DNA of 64,000 nucleotides from Mobula hypostoma (lineage: Eukaryota): positions 250,048,001 through 250,112,000 of the forward strand of contig NC_086097.1 of assembly GCF_963921235.1 (NCBI RefSeq), given 5' to 3'. The notes under the pieces were generated by a model. It did not search any database, was not told where the DNA came from, and worked only from the letters and a program-made list of their open reading frames with translations. The translations under genes were made by a program, and so were the position numbers. Positions 10,628 to 24,900 of the stretch are shown piece after piece (position 1 is the stretch's first letter; every line of letters starts with the position of its first letter).

Positions 10628-12144
10628 CCAATTGTCAGAGAATTCAGTTTAATTCAAAGTATTGTAAAAATTGATGCCTTAATAGTTAATTAAAGTATAG
10701 CTGACCATAGAGAGAAAAAACTCAGAGGTAATGGAGCGAGTCAAGAACGCGACTTCACTCCATGAGCGCTACCGGAAGTTCCCCAATAAATTTACTTTGA
10801 ATCTTGAATTTCTAATCTCTGGCCAGTATCACAGAAGGCCTATAACTTATCAAAAAGAAAATCAAAGCGCTGCTGTAAGTATTTTAGAAACAAGATTCAT
10901 AGAGATTGTACCAAAACCGGTAGTATAACTATAAGGTGAAAACTTTTCTTTACAATTTTGCCCTGAAAATATTGTGGAAGTTTCTGGTGCACATGCTCAG
11001 GTTATGACAACGTTCTGTTCCTGACGATTGTTCATATTCCAAACTCCTTGTACGTCAGAAAAGAACAGGAAAGCTGTGACCAGAGCAAGCAGGCACTGTT
11101 AGCTGGCCTCTCTAACTCAGCAAGTGAGTATACTCAGTCCTCCCAGATCTCCTTGGCTGAACCTAGCCCACGATTGTTGCAGCTTGGAGTGGGGTGGGGG
11201 GGGGGTGCGGTCAGAAAGTAGAAACCAAGCTGAAATGCCCTGTACCCACCCATCAGAAGATGCCTTTTGCTGCCCTGCAGCAGGCAGGAAATCCATCTCC
11301 ATTCATCCTGCTTTTATATGTGTGAGCTGTGTATGTTTTATCTGGTCTCCAAAGCATTACCGAGATATATTTTTGTTCAAATTTTACCCGTTCTGTTCTA
11401 TGCTGAGTTTCTGATTTGGATTTTTTTCTGTAAAGTGGCAGCAAGTTCTTGATGGATCCTTCCACAGTTAGGAGTGTCTTATCCTCTAACTCTTTGAATG
11501 GACTTGTTTGTATCTAGCCTTGAGAACGTAGTTTATCAGGGAGTCACCACAGGGCTACTATAAGATCAGAAAATGGTAACGTTTTGTGGTTTAAAAACGC
11601 TTCATGAATCTGGATGTTACTTAGAATTTTACAGTTTCTTAGTGTTGCTTAGAATTTTAGATTCAGACCATTTAACCACTAGTTCCTAAAAATAATTTTT
11701 AAAAAGTCACTGGAGTATATCTGTAGTATTCCAGAATAAAACATCTTTTATTGTTGAAATTAAGAGACTTGAAAAGAGATTACAAGGTAAATAAATGTTC
11801 ATGGTCACTTGAGCTAAGTTTGCAATGTAGTGATAACTCCATATTTAGTTTTGTTTCTGATATTAAAGTTCACAAATTTCATTGAAACCAAATTTTGAAG
11901 AAACAGTCATTATGTTGCATGTTTAATGGAAACAGCTGACAATGAACTTTCACCTGTGTGCAATATCTAATGCAGTATGCATTTTCTTTCATGGACTATC
12001 TTGCAAAAGGCAGAGAAGGGGTGTGTCATGTTACATTTTTAAAATATTTCTTTGAAGTGAAGATGGTGCCTTAGAAATTCAACTCTTCAATCCAGAAAAA
12101 CCAGTTCACAGTAATGCAGATCTAACTCTGCCTGATGTAAAAAT

Positions 12145-13259
12145 CATCATCATCATCAGGTGCCGTGCCCAGTTTGAGCTTTGACTGCCATGGCCCACAC
12201 ACTCCTGTTTCAGGTCAAGTGGATCAATTCATTGGTATTCATTTCCAGTTCTCTGGCTGCTGTCTCCATCATCATTTGTGTTTGCCTTCCTTTAGCTTTC
12301 TTCCCTTCAATCTTTCCCATAATTACCGTGCATACTAACTCCTCTTTCCGAATCACATGTCCAATGAAGTTACGTTGCCTTTTCATGATCTCATACATTA
12401 TTTCTCTTTTTGTGCTTGCTCTGTTCATGACGTCCTCGTTAGATATTCGTTTCGTCCATGATATTCTTCGCATCCTCCTCAAAAACCACATCTCTGCTGC
12501 TTCAATTCGTTTCCTCATGTTACTAGATATTGTCCAACATATTCTGATCCATATAACATAACTGGATAAATGTAACATTTCAGTACTCTGAGGCGGGTTG
12601 TCATGCCTAGTTTAGTATTGGTCAGTATTCTTGTGGAACATCCCATATTAATAGAGTAGGAATTCTATGGATGAAAACATGGCAAAAAGTGTTTAGGACA
12701 TTGGGCAATATCAGAAAGAGTGCTCATTGTTAGATTCCGAGGACAACCATTTGATTTAGTAATCATACAGGTATATGCACCAACAACAGATGGAACAAAT
12801 GAGAATATAGATAAATTCTATGAAGAGCTTGAACAAGCAAGGAATGGATACAAATCTCAAGATATAGTTATTGTCATGGGAGATCTAAATGCTAAAGTAA
12901 GGCAAGGTGCTGATGGCAATACCATAGGAAAATTTGGACTGGGGAAAGAAATGAAAGAGGTGAGAAATGGGTAGAATGGTGCAAGATGAATAATCAGGTC
13001 ATTATGAACACCTACTTTAAAAACCATCCAAGACGCTTGTGGACCTGGAAAAGTCCAGGTGATAGCACCAGAAATCAAATTGACTTTATTACTATAAACC
13101 AAAGATTTAGAAACTCAGTGACTCAATGCAAAACATATCCAGGTGCAGACTGTAATAGTGACCATAACCCAGTAATATGTTACGTAAAAGTAAAACTTAA
13201 AAAACTGAAGAAGCAAAAACCTGAACAATCCCTTGACTACTTGCAATTAATTAAAGAAA
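12145..13259. mobile_element. RTE-clade LINE insertion with inverted 5' segment
   Basis: 12145-12630 (-) is the RT C-terminus (RIEAAEMWFLRRMRRISWTKRISNEDVM) with a (GAT)n tail; 12626-13259 (+) is APE (IQVYAPT, MGDLNAKV, WTWKSPG..NQIDFI, SDHNPV). Confidence 0.85.
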
Positions 13260-13517
13260 ATGTAACAATACCTTTATTTAAAAGACCCTGATTGCTGTAA
13301 ACCACGATGCCATGTTAGAAGGAAATTCATAATTGGGGGATACATATTGAATGAAAGATTAAGTTTCTGCCCAATTCTTTCCTACATGTATTTCACATGT
13401 TTGTTTTAATCCTTCCATATTACGTACTTTTAGAAGGTCTTTCTTCTGTATGAGTTTCATTTTGAATACCTAGGTTCGTCTTGCCCCTTAAAAGTTTAAA
13501 TCTCTTTTCTTCTACAG

Positions 13518-13587
13518 TGGACAGAAGCACTGATGAGTTACAGTGGCTATTAGATCTGGTCCAGAATGATGCAGTGCCCTACATAAG
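13518..13587 (+). CDS. TAF2: TAF2 internal coding exon (VDRSTDELQWLLDLVQNDAVPYIR)
   Basis: Acceptor tcttttcttctacag|, donor ATAAG|gttggt; 70 nt, phase 1 to 2; matches TAF2 VDRSYEELQWLL...PYVR. Confidence 0.95.
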
Positions 13588-14174
13588 GTTGGTGTTATTA
13601 AAGCAATCCCATCTATGGCAGAATCCTTTTCGGAGTTGAACTAATCGGATATCACCAATCACTTTGTGTCTCATGAGATTATTTGTGGTTTATTTTAAAA
13701 ATAATATTTAGAAGTTTTAGTGCCACATGATCTCTAGATTGTCCCTCTTTTATATGGCAATTTATATATTTTTTAATCTTTTAATTCATAGTTTTATATC
13801 TTCAGTCTTTTTATTGTATTTAATGCATTTTTTCTTATTTATTTAAAATATATTTCTTTGTGCACAATTACTTTTCTCTTGAGAAGGGATCACATCAGGA
13901 GACAAAGCAAAAGGAGTTATCTTCAGATTAACACTAAATATGCCAAGAGTAAACCTGGGAATAATGTAGACTTGGTGCCAAGGATATGCAGAAATAACTG
14001 GATATCCTGGTCTATTCAGAGCATAGCAATAAAAATAAATAAACAAAATAAAATGAAATGAGAAAACCCCACAATAACTCCTTAATTGTCAGAGAATGGC
14101 TATTCCTTACCCTATCAACACACACACAATGCCGGAGGAACTCAGCAGGTCAGGCAGCATCTATGGAAAAGTAA

Positions 14175-14209
14175 AGTCGACGTTTAGGGCCAAGACCCTT
14201 CATCAGGAC
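14175..14209 (-). ncRNA. Hammerhead-like motif copy (G12 mutated) in a short PLE-derived unit (~14115-14209)
   Basis: Minus strand reads GTC-CTGATGA-AGGGTCTTGGCCC-TAAA-CGTC-GACT. Confidence 0.6.
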
Positions 14210-14894
14210 ACCTGAGGTCAAATCATTGGGTATATTCACCCCACATGCCGATGAAAATAAACCTTATTCTGATTGTATTTAAAGTGAAGGTTGATAGGTT
14301 CTTAATTGGGCAGGGTGTCAAAGGGCAAAGGCAGAAGATAGATTTGAGAAGGATAATAAATCAGCTATGATGGAATGGCAGAGCACACTCGATGGGCTGA
14401 ATAGCCCAATTCTGCTCCTATGTCTTAACTCTTTCAAGTATATATCAATTTTCCTTTTGAAATATTCTCTTGAATCTGTTCATAGCACCAGGCCAGTGCA
14501 TTCATAATTTTACAAGTTTGCTACAAGTTCCTTGCCTTATCTCTGATTCTTTTATAAATTATCTGAATTCCATATCCTCCAGTTAGCAACACTTTGATTC
14601 CTGGAAATGTCATTTTTAAGTATTTACTGACAAAAATTCTTCTGATTTTGAATTCCTCCATCAAATTTTCAAGCGGCCTTCTCTGCTGCTTGGAGAACAT
14701 GCCCATTGGAACTGAATTTTTTTTTATCCTTGTACAATTCTACCAAATTCCCTGTGCTCCAAATAAAAATTATTGAAATCATTTGCACTTCGAATAAGTT
14801 ATTGAAATCCTTCGTAAGCTTTAGTTTACGAAGTTCATCCTATACTCCTTTGGGCCTAGTCAGTGTTTTATGACTATTCAATGTAAGTTTGGTT

Positions 14895-15246
14895 TTCTTC
14901 AAGGAGCGGTGCCTCAAAAAGGCATCATCCATCATTAAGGGCCCCCATCACCCAGGACGTGCCCTCTTCTCATTGCTACCGTAAGGGAGGAGGTACAGGA
15001 GCCTGAAGATACACACTCAATGTTTCAGGAACGGCTTCTTCCCCTCAGCCATCAGATTTATGAATGGACATTGAACCCATGAACACTGCCTCACAACTTT
15101 TTAAAAATCTTTTTGCACTATTTATTTAATTTAACTCTTTAAACATATACTGTAATTTACAGTTTATTATTTATTGCAATGTACTACTGCCGCATAACAA
15201 CAAATTTCACGACATATACTGGTGATATTAAACCTGATTCTGATTC
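14895..15246 (+). mobile_element. Rex1/Babar-like LINE 3' end
   Basis: tcttcaaggagcggtgcctcaaaaaggcatcatccatcattaagg...aaacctgattctgatt tail, shared with other copies in the window. Confidence 0.6.
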
Positions 15247-18139
15247 ATTCTACTGTTTAAAAAACTAAAGGTCCTTTTTGATATTTTTGTTAAATATCAT
15301 TATCAACTTTTCCAATCGCTTCCAAGCATTTGTTTGCATTGCGTTTGTTTTTTTTTGCAGTCCTTTGGTGATACTCCTTACTTTATCACCCATCTTTTCA
15401 GCTTATTCTTCATCCTTTTCTGGTTTTTTTTTCATCTTAAATGCCTTTCTTTGTTGAGTTACTCTACCTGTTTTTTCAACTTTTTAAGAAGCCAACTGAC
15501 TCCTCCAGGCTTCTGTAATGTTCTCTTGCTCCAGCAGCAGCCTCTGACTCCTGATCCTGGTGATTTCATTCTCTGATCACCCCACTGACTGAAATGCTGA
15601 CTCTGAGTGCGATCACTCATTCTTTCCCAGCCTCCGCTTGCACCATGCAGCACCAAAGCGACCATGGAATTTTATTTTGAAGGGTGAGATTGAACAAGAA
15701 TAGTGAAAGATTATAGGAAGAATGAACTGGAAATTAATTTGATTAAAAATGAAAAGGAATGAAACGGAACAAGAGAAGGAGCAGAGAATTGATCGGAACA
15801 CACACACTGCCAGGCTGACATCCTATAGTTAAAACATCATGTGACACTCTTCACTTTGTGACTAAAAAACCTCTGATATCCAGAGAAATTATGACCCATG
15901 TGTCGGAAGTGTCTTGTGTTCGAACTGCATTTTAGCACCACTTTGGTTTTAAAATTCAGTTTCACTCAGGAAGAAGTACTGGCTTTCCTACCATGCAAGA
16001 GTTTCAGATTTATGCTATTTTTACCCTGTTGTCCAAGATGAATTAAAAACTATCTTAGGAAAATAATTCTAATAGAAAAAATGAATGATTATGATCTCAA
16101 TTTTCGGGAGATTTTTTCAAGTGCATGTTTGACAGTTTATCTGAACTGTACAGTCCCTTAGTATATAAATTGGTTGGTCCTGTTTCTTTTGTACAACTGA
16201 TTAAATTTGTGGAGTTGCTGTTTAACTCAGTGTGGTAGTCAGGCCAGGTAACTGTTGTAAACAGGAAAAGGAATGGTTATTAACTAAATGAGATCAGTGT
16301 GATGTCATTGCTCTGATTCATGTATTTTATTGCTGTACAACAAATGGTTCACTGTAATGTGTCAATTCCAGAATTGAGGGACATGGTTTCGGACCCAAAG
16401 TTTTTTCTTTAAAAAAGCCAAAATAAAAGGAAAGAGGTCAATACACAGTATCCATTGACGGGAATAAACAGTCAACGTTTAGGGCTGAGTCTCTTCTTCA
16501 GGATGGAAAGGGTTCTCTGTTTCATCCCTCAGCTTGGCAGATGTTTGACACTGCAAAGGTCCTTTAGCCCAGAATACTTGTAAAGTTTCTGTCTGGGGAG
16601 TGAGTTGAGAAAGTCAAATTGAATATTTGAGAAAAATATATCTATCAAAAAGCAAATCCAACCTGGCTGAGTAAAAAGGAGTAGTGTGGTGCAAATATCG
16701 AGCATAGAAAATTGGAGCAGAATAGACCTCAGTAAAACGAGGGGACAGGAAGGTGTGTGGGATATTGAACCTTTATGGGAAGTGTTAGAATAAGGACAAG
16801 TAGTGACCAGACATTTGGTAAAACTGAAAAGTTTAACATAAAAGACTCCCTTACTTGGGGAAAAATATCCCGGCAAGCCATCTTGTCTCTTCTCTTCGTT
16901 ATATTATATACTTTTCTGGTCACCTCTCATCCTCTGTGGTCCAGAGGCACAGCCTATGTGGCCTTTCCTAATAGTTCAAGGCCTCCAGACCTGGTATGAA
17001 TCTTTTTTGCACCCTTTCCAGCTTAATGACATAGTTGGGTGATCAGAACTGTGCTCAATATTCCACGTCTCAACCAATGACTCGTACAGTTTCAACATAA
17101 TGCGCCAACTCCTGTACTCAGAGGCCTGACCAATGGAGACTAACATGCTTAACTGCCTTCTTCACTGCCCACCACCCTAGTCACCACTTTCAGGGAACTG
17201 TATCCCTAGAAGGCTGGAGGCACACAGTAAAACAGGCAGCATCTGAAGTATAAAGTACATTTATTATCAAACTATGTATAGTATACTATATGCAATCTTC
17301 AGATTTGTCTCCTTACAGGCAGCCACAAAACAAGGAAACCTAACAGAACATATTAATAAAAAGAAGACAATCAAACACCCAAAGTGCAAAAAAATAGCAA
17401 ATCGTGGAAACTATAAAAGTAAGCAACTAACATTCAGAACTGAGGTTCATGAAAGTGAGTCCATAGCAACAAAGCCAGTCAAAGCCGATCCAAGAGCTTG
17501 TTTGTTGCGGGCCGCAGGCTCAGTTCATCGCAGAGACAAGTAAACCTTGCAGAACAGCGAGCTGAACACCAGCCCGACCCCCGCCTCTGGCCCTGACCCT
17601 CTGACCTTTCCAACTTGGCCTGGTGCTTAAATCATCCAAACCTCAGACCGTTCCTCACTCTCTGGCCTGGGCTCTGCTACCTCAACTGTGCATTGCCTCA
17701 CTTTGGTTCTGCTGCATCGAATTGCCTCCAAGTTTGCTCCAGCAATGGCCAAATTTTGGCACATTCCTTGCTCTCAGGTTCAGCCAGGCTCATACACGAT
17801 GCACAGCAACAGTCCTGCACCTTTGAGATGTCAGTTCAAACTGCAAAAATACCACGTCGTACAGGTGGTTCAAAAGCTCAGTTCTGAAACAGGAAGTTGC
17901 AGGCCATTGATTGCAGTGACTATTTACCAGAAAAGGTGTGATTAATAACGTAGTTAGTTTTGTTTGCTACCAGCAGGTAGTCACTATGCTTCACCAGCAC
18001 CATCATAAATCAGAAGATCTATGGAGGGGAATAAACAGTCAACATTTCATGCTGAGTCCCTGCCTGACTTACTGAGTTCCTCCAGAATTTTGTGTGTGTC
18101 GGTCAAGATTTCCAGCATCTGCAGAACCTCTTGTGTGTA

Positions 18140-19475
18140 CCTGTACCCCTAGGTGTCTCTGTTATACAGCACACTACAGGGCCTTACTATTTATTGTGCA
18201 AGTCGTGCCCTGACTTAACTAATCAAAATGCAACACCTTGCACTTGTCCAATTTAAATTCCACCTGTCATTCCTTGGTCTACTTCCTAAATGTATGTAAA
18301 TCCTGTTGTAATCTTAGATGACCACCTTCTTTGTCCACTGCACCACCAGCTTTGATGTCATCTGCAAACTTGCTAACTGTGTTAACAATGTTCTCATCCA
18401 AATTGTTAGTATTCAGATGCTGGTAGATCCTGTCTCTTGGAATCCCCTTTAGTAACTTTCCAACCACAGATGCTACGCTCACCAGCATCTGGTTCGCTGG
18501 CTTGTCCTTCTCAGTCTTCTTAAAGGCACAACATTAGTCATCCTCCAGTCCTCTAGTACCTCACTTGTGGTTAAAGATGGTGCAAATATCTCTGCCAGGG
18601 CTCCAGCACTTTCCTCCTTCATTTCCCACAGTGTTTGAAGATGCACTTGATGAGACCGGAGAGGTTTATCTAGGGACCAGCAGCACCACCTCTATTATAA
18701 TGTGGATATGTTCCAATACATCACTATGTATTGAATTTGTTAGCTTCTGTGACCTACTCTGCAGTAAATACGCATGAGAAATATCCATTTAACTGCTTGT
18801 GCATATCTTGTGGCTTCACACGTAGATGATGAACAATCATTAAAGGGATCTATTCTTTCCCTAGTTACTCGTTTGGTCTTAATATATTTGTAGGGTCTGC
18901 CATGTTTTGAAAACAGAGTCATAGAATGCCATGGCTGTGAAACAGACCTTTCAGCCCATCTAGTCTGTGCCAAACTATTCTGCCTAATCCCATCAACCTA
19001 CGTAGCCCTCCATACCCCTCCAACTCATGTACTTATCCAAATTTCTCTTAAATTCTGAAATCGAATCTGTATCCAACGTTTGCACTGGCAGCTCGTTCCA
19101 TGCTCTACCCTACCCTCTCAGTCAAGTCCTCCCTCATGTTCCCCTTAAACATTTCACCTTTCAACCTTAACCCATGACCTCTAATTCTAGTTTCACCCAA
19201 CCTCAATGGAAAAAACCTGCTTACTGTACATTTCTCCTATCTATATCCTTCATAATTTTGTATTCCTCTATCAAACCTCTCTTCATTCTCCTATTCAAAC
19301 TTTCCCTGTAACTCTGGTCCTCAAGTCCTGAAAACATCTTTGTAAATTTTCTCTGCACTTATTTAATCTTACCTCCTCCTTCCTGTAGTTAGGTGACAAA
19401 AACTGCACACAATACTCCAATTTAGACCTCACTGACGTAGTATGCAGATTCAACATAACATTCCAACTCCTGCGC
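18140..19475 (-). mobile_element. Degraded CR1-type LINE fragments
   Basis: Minus-strand peptides VSKFADDIKAGG..LQQDL and VRSKLEYCVQFLSPNYRK. Confidence 0.65.
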
Positions 19476-19546
19476 TCAAAAATTTGAATTAAATGAGAAC
19501 CAGCCAACAAGCTGCACAAGCTTTTTAGCATATTTCTCCAAAGATA

Positions 19547-19746
19547 TTGTTATTCCTTTCTGTGCCTTGTGGCACATCAGGCGGTGACCTTGCCGTTCCT
19601 TTAGCGTTTGCCTGTGTTTTACGGGGCCATGTTGCTAGTTTGACGCTCAACCTAGCAGAGATCGAAAGCGTGCAAGGCGCCAGCCAGATTGAAACCCAGG
19701 ACCACTCGCCTCAAATCCAGTGCAGATACCACTAGACCACTGGCCT
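19547..19746 (-). mobile_element. tRNA-derived SINE
   Basis: Minus strand begins ggccagtggtctagtggtatctgcactggatttgaggcgagtggtcctgggtttcaatctggc (A-box- and B-box-like head). Confidence 0.55.
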
Positions 19747-19818
19747 GTTAGTTCTCCAAGTACCGTCATCAAACTGCTGTATATAACTGAAATATCCTTT
19801 TTGTTTCACATCTTACAG

Positions 19819-19928
19819 ACATAAAGTTTTGAGTATGCTCAATAAAAATCCGCCTTTCACCAAGAACACAGACTCCTCCTTGTGCTCTGAGGCATTGGTG
19901 GACCAACTCTGGAAACTAATGAACTCAG
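19819..19928 (+). CDS. TAF2: TAF2 internal coding exon (HKVLSMLNKNPPFTKNTDSSLCSEALVDQLWKLMNS)
   Basis: Acceptor tcttacag|, donor TCAG|gtatgt; 110 nt, phase 2 to 1; matches TAF2 KNPPFTKN...EALVDQLWKLMNSG. Confidence 0.96.
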
Positions 19929-21982
19929 GTATGTTAGCCTACAGATGAGACAGTTAGTTACAAATTGCTATTTTGTCATTTTTTCCTTTCATTGAAGAAT
20001 TAATCTCTAAAACTTCTAATGTGCCTAAAAGTAAACTTCAGCAGGATACCAATATCTGCTCCATTCTGAAACCAGGCTTGGGCTGTTGCTGACTACAGGC
20101 CTGACTTGTCCTGTAAAGTGGCCAAGGAGTGGTGAAGGGGTTTAGTTGAGCTCAGCATATAATAGTGTGGGTTGGGGTTAAGAGGTCAGTAGTATAATGG
20201 TCCAGTAATAGGGTTTGTAGGGAGTGAGGATTGGTAAACTGACATTTGATCAAAATCAGAAGCTGGAGGTCAGCACTTGGTACAGATCACATCACAGTAT
20301 CACATCTGGGAGAACTGATGGTGCAGAGAAAGACCTAGGTATTAAGTTAAGTAATTCACTTACAACACCCTGGCTAGTAGCTATGTAAGCAAAGTCACGT
20401 TGTGATGCAAATGTATAATAGCAAGTTCAAGACCAGTGAGAGCATTGCATAGTGAGTAATATGGATTAGAAGTGCAAGGGAAACAATCCAGAAGTGACAT
20501 GCCAGATTTCTAGAATGATGCAGCAATAACAATGCAGAATAAAGTGTAAAAAAACTACAGCAAAAGTGAAATGCAGATAAACAATAAAATGCAAGATCAT
20601 AATGAGATAGATTTTGAGGTCAGCAGTCCATTTTATCATACTATATATGGTCCTGATGAAGGGTCTCGGCCTGAAAAGTGTACGTTCAAGAGTGTGATAA
20701 CAATGGGGATAGAAGCTGTCTCTGAACCTGTTACTATGTGCTTGTCATACTTTTGAATCTTCTGCCTGATGGAAGAGGAGAGAAAAGAGAATTTCTTTGG
20801 TGGGTGGGACTGTGATGCTGCTGGCTGCTTTACTGAGGCAGCGAGAAAAACAAATGGAGCCCATAGGCGGTAGGCTGGTTCCTGTGATGTGCTGAGCTGT
20901 GTCCATGGCTCTATGCAGTTTCTTGTGGTCATATGCAGTGCAGTTGCCATACTAAGCCGTTATTCATCTAGACAGAATGCTTTCTGTAGTGCATCGATTG
21001 GTAAATAATAACAGGGACATGCCAAATTTCTACACCCTCTTGAGAAACAGAGGTATTGGTGAGCTTTCTTGCCCATGACATCAATGTGGTTGGACCAAGA
21101 CAGATGATGTTCAACTCTCAGAAATTGAAGTGCTCAACACCATTGATGTAGACAGAAACCTGTATATCACCCTGCTTCCTGAATGTTTTAAAAAAAGTTA
21201 TAAATATAGTAGCGTCATTGTTGACAGTTGTAAAATTGAAGTTTCACATAATATTCCAAACTTTATATTTATGAAATGTTGAAGTTACTGACAAGGAGAG
21301 CATTTATTCCCCACATCTAATTGTCCTCAAGGAGAATATGGTAAGGTGACATCTTGAACTGCTGAAGTCTGTATTTTAGAGGTACTCCTTCAATACTTTT
21401 AATTCAATGCCAATGAAGGAACTGATCCTGCATTTCCTAGATAGAATTAGGTAGAATGTGGAACCAATTGTGCTGGTCTGGCGTTGTTCACGGATTTTGG
21501 ACGTGGCTGACAATTGTCAAGACTGATTCTCTTGGATGAAATCCGGCTTCAGTGCTTTTGGAGTTGCATTCATCTAAGCAAATAGACTGTATTCCAACAC
21601 ACTCCTAACCTGTTCCTTAAGATTGTTATACAGGGGGTGGGAGTGGGAATGAGCTCCCGCTATCTATTAAATGCTCTCAATAGCGTGTGCCTCAAATAGC
21701 CTCTGACAACCAAGTCCAACTCTTGGCCTTCATGTGTGGCTTAGCTACTGCGCCCAGTGGAACTGATTCCACAGACAGGAGAAAGGGCAAAGGTGGGTAA
21801 CTGGCACCTTTAAACCAGTCACTTCGGGCAGGTAGGGCACGTCAGCTATGATTGGCAGCTCATTTAGAAGGACCGAAAGAAGCTGCAGAAAGTTGTAAAA
21901 TTTGTCAGCTTTACCTTGGATACTAACCTCCATAGTACCCAAGACATCTTCAAGGAGCAGTGCCTCAAGAAGACGACGTCCA

Positions 21983-24900
21983 CAGGGGCGTACCTACGGA
22001 AAATAGCGCCTATGGCAAGCACTGAAATTGTGCCCCGTCCAAACATCTGACACCCATCTTTTAGGTAACTTTACCATAGTATCAGCTTAAAAGTACAAGT
22101 CAAGCTCGTTAATCTTTTAATTAACAAATTATGGCACTACATCAAAATTATAACTGCACCTTCCTTGCTTTCACTGATGCAGTTTGGTCTATGATGTGAT
22201 CAAAGTCATTTTTTTCAGTTTCTTCTCTTTCTACACTCAGCAGAGCAAGATCACAGAGTCTGCCTTGACCCATGGAGGCTCTCAAATACAAAAGTATTAG
22301 TTTTAACTTGCTGAATGATCTCTCACAGCTGGCGATGGAAACTGCGATGGTTAGCATTATCTGAATTGCAATGCGAAGGTTGGGGAAGACGCTCTCATCT
22401 CCATACTGAACAATAAATTCAAGAAGCTCTTCAGGTCTTGATATTTTCATGTTGACCCACCTTGACAGCAACATTCTGCAATCCAAAAATTTCTTCATAT
22501 AGCTACTGTCCATCAACATCAGAGCTGTACAATTCACCCAAACTTTTGTACTTCTTCTTTAGGTTGTTACTGTCGGCACCGTAACACAGTCCCTTGACAT
22601 CAAGAAGGAACCCAAACTTGGTGTCAGTGTCGTGCAAACAAGCGAACCTTTCGTCCATTTCTCTGTGAAGACGGTCGAGTGTTCCCTTCATGACTCTTTC
22701 CATTTCCTCCTTAGCTGTTAACCCAGCGTCTCTCGAGTTCTCATCAGCCATTCGTTTCTTTCGTCTCTGACTTCTTTCAACTTCAATATTCCATTCTTGA
22801 TAGAGACCGACTCCTTCTTTGAGTGACTCAGTGACCAACACTTCTCTTTCATCATAAAAATGATCTCGGAGGGCTTTCAAATCCAGGGCAGCATCGTGGA
22901 AGCTCATGCTAGGATCCTACAGTCTCTTTTGTATACGGTCAATGCGAATGAGTACTTTGTTCCAAAATCCTAGCAAAACCAGAAAATCATAACTCCACAT
23001 GCGGTTGTACAGCTGCCTTGTGTCACTTCTTGTTTCACTGGTCTCGTTTTCATTGTCTATCGTGTCCTGGAGAACTTGAAGTATCTCCTTAAGTACTTGT
23101 TGACGGACTTCACTGCTTCTGTCCTTGCACTCCACCTGGTTTCGGACTCTGAATTAACAACCACAGGTACGCCGTTTTTGAGTTTTTCCCAGCGGTGTGT
23201 TGAACGAGAGAAAAACACGTAGAGAGCTTCGATGGTTCCAAAAAACATGACCATCATTGTATCCTGCTTGGCTGCGTGTACACCCACCAAGTTGAGTGAG
23301 TGATTGTCGCAATTCGCAAACACTGCCAGGTTGTTTTTCTCACTTATTCTTTGATGAACACCATTTCTGTGTCCAGCTATCACAGCAGCGTTGTCGTAGC
23401 ACTGTGACCGACAATCTTCTAGGTCCACTTCGTCCTTCTCTGGCTGTTTCAAGATGTCTTCAACCAAGCTCTCAGCATCCTCCTGGCTTAATCTGGATAA
23501 AACCAAGGAAGGACTCTCTAACACAGACTGTTTTCCTCTCAAAATCAACTTCATATATCTCACTCCTTCTGACATCTGCTCACGGTGTGCCTGATCAGGA
23601 GTCGAGTTCGAACATGAGACCATAGTACTTGGCTTTACGAATGCTTCTCAGTAAACTCTGGGGAACAATGGATGCCATCATGTGGATGAATTTGTTCTGG
23701 ACACCCGGTGAAAGATAAGACGTGGATCCAGGATGACGTTCCAAATGAGTGAGGTGTTCTTTTATGACAGGTCAAAGATGGCCAGTAGTTTCAGTAAGCC
23801 AAGGAAATTTCCCACGTTGGAGTCATTGTCTAGCTGAAGTGACTCCCTGTGTCCTCGCAAAGCCAGGTTCTGAGTCACAAGGAATTTTATACAGTGAAGG
23901 ATTCTCATCAAGATATCACGCCACTTCTACTTTTCCTTCTCAATCTGTGACTGAAATACCGCGTCAATAACTCCTCCGTTTCCAGCTAAATTTTTTTCCA
24001 AAGTGTGAAGCATTCCCGATGATTCTTGGCATTTTCATGAACACTAATCCTTTCAGGTGCTTTCCACTGTTTTAATTCACTTTCCTGCTCCAGTGAGGAT
24101 TGATGGTCTGACCGGGAATAGAGAAGACAACAGATACAAAATGCAGACTTTTTAGAAGGGGAATAGGCCAGCCACGAGCGAGTAACTTCCTCACCACGAC
24201 CGTTTCCCAATTTCCCCAAGTTTTGTTCATTGAGTAGTTATTTGTTGGGAGGAAAGGCCCCTCACTGTTCTGGAAATGCTTCGAAATGCTTTATTATTTC
24301 TGTTCTCAACATGTCAGGCAGAATTGCTTTTCCAGTATCCTTGTCGAACTTCAGAAATCCAATGTCATGCTGTTCAATACTTCTGGTATGACAGTTCCAG
24401 GCTCTTTGACACCATCCAGTTCACTAGGTTCAGTGTCGTCAGGTAAAATCTCATCAATAAACTCAACATCACCACCACCACCATCGTCTTCCCCTCCTGT
24501 CATGACCACGTTCTCTGTGGCAGCCTCACTCTTAATCTCGTCATACTCGGATTTATCTGACTTGACTTCCTCCTCAGCTTGTGACGCATTTGTACTTGAT
24601 CCACCTTCGGATTCTAACAAACTTGTAGCAGGTGCAGGGAACTCCATGGAATTGGTCAAACTACTTGTTCCGGGCTTTTCAAAGAAGGGCATGAAGAACT
24701 TGCTCGACCTCTTGGCTTCCTCTGCCTCCAGCTTTCGTCTCTTCCATCCTTCAGCTCCACTTTCCTTTTTATTCGTGAAGAAACGTTTCATGATCTTCTT
24801 ACACAATGCTCTGAAATAAGGCCATCCTAGTGCTTCTCACCCATGATAATCAAAGACAGATCATACATCTGAAGAAAATTCTTTTTTCACTATCCGAGGA

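Larger units (their letters stand above)
4871..10784 (-). mobile_element. Full-length L1-clade LINE (5.9 kb) with 15-bp TSD
   Basis: TSD AATAAATTTACTTTG at 4856-4870 and 10785-10799; 5' end GGGGAACTTCCGG; ORF1 and ORF2; AATAAA and A-rich tail at the low-coordinate end. Confidence 0.95.
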
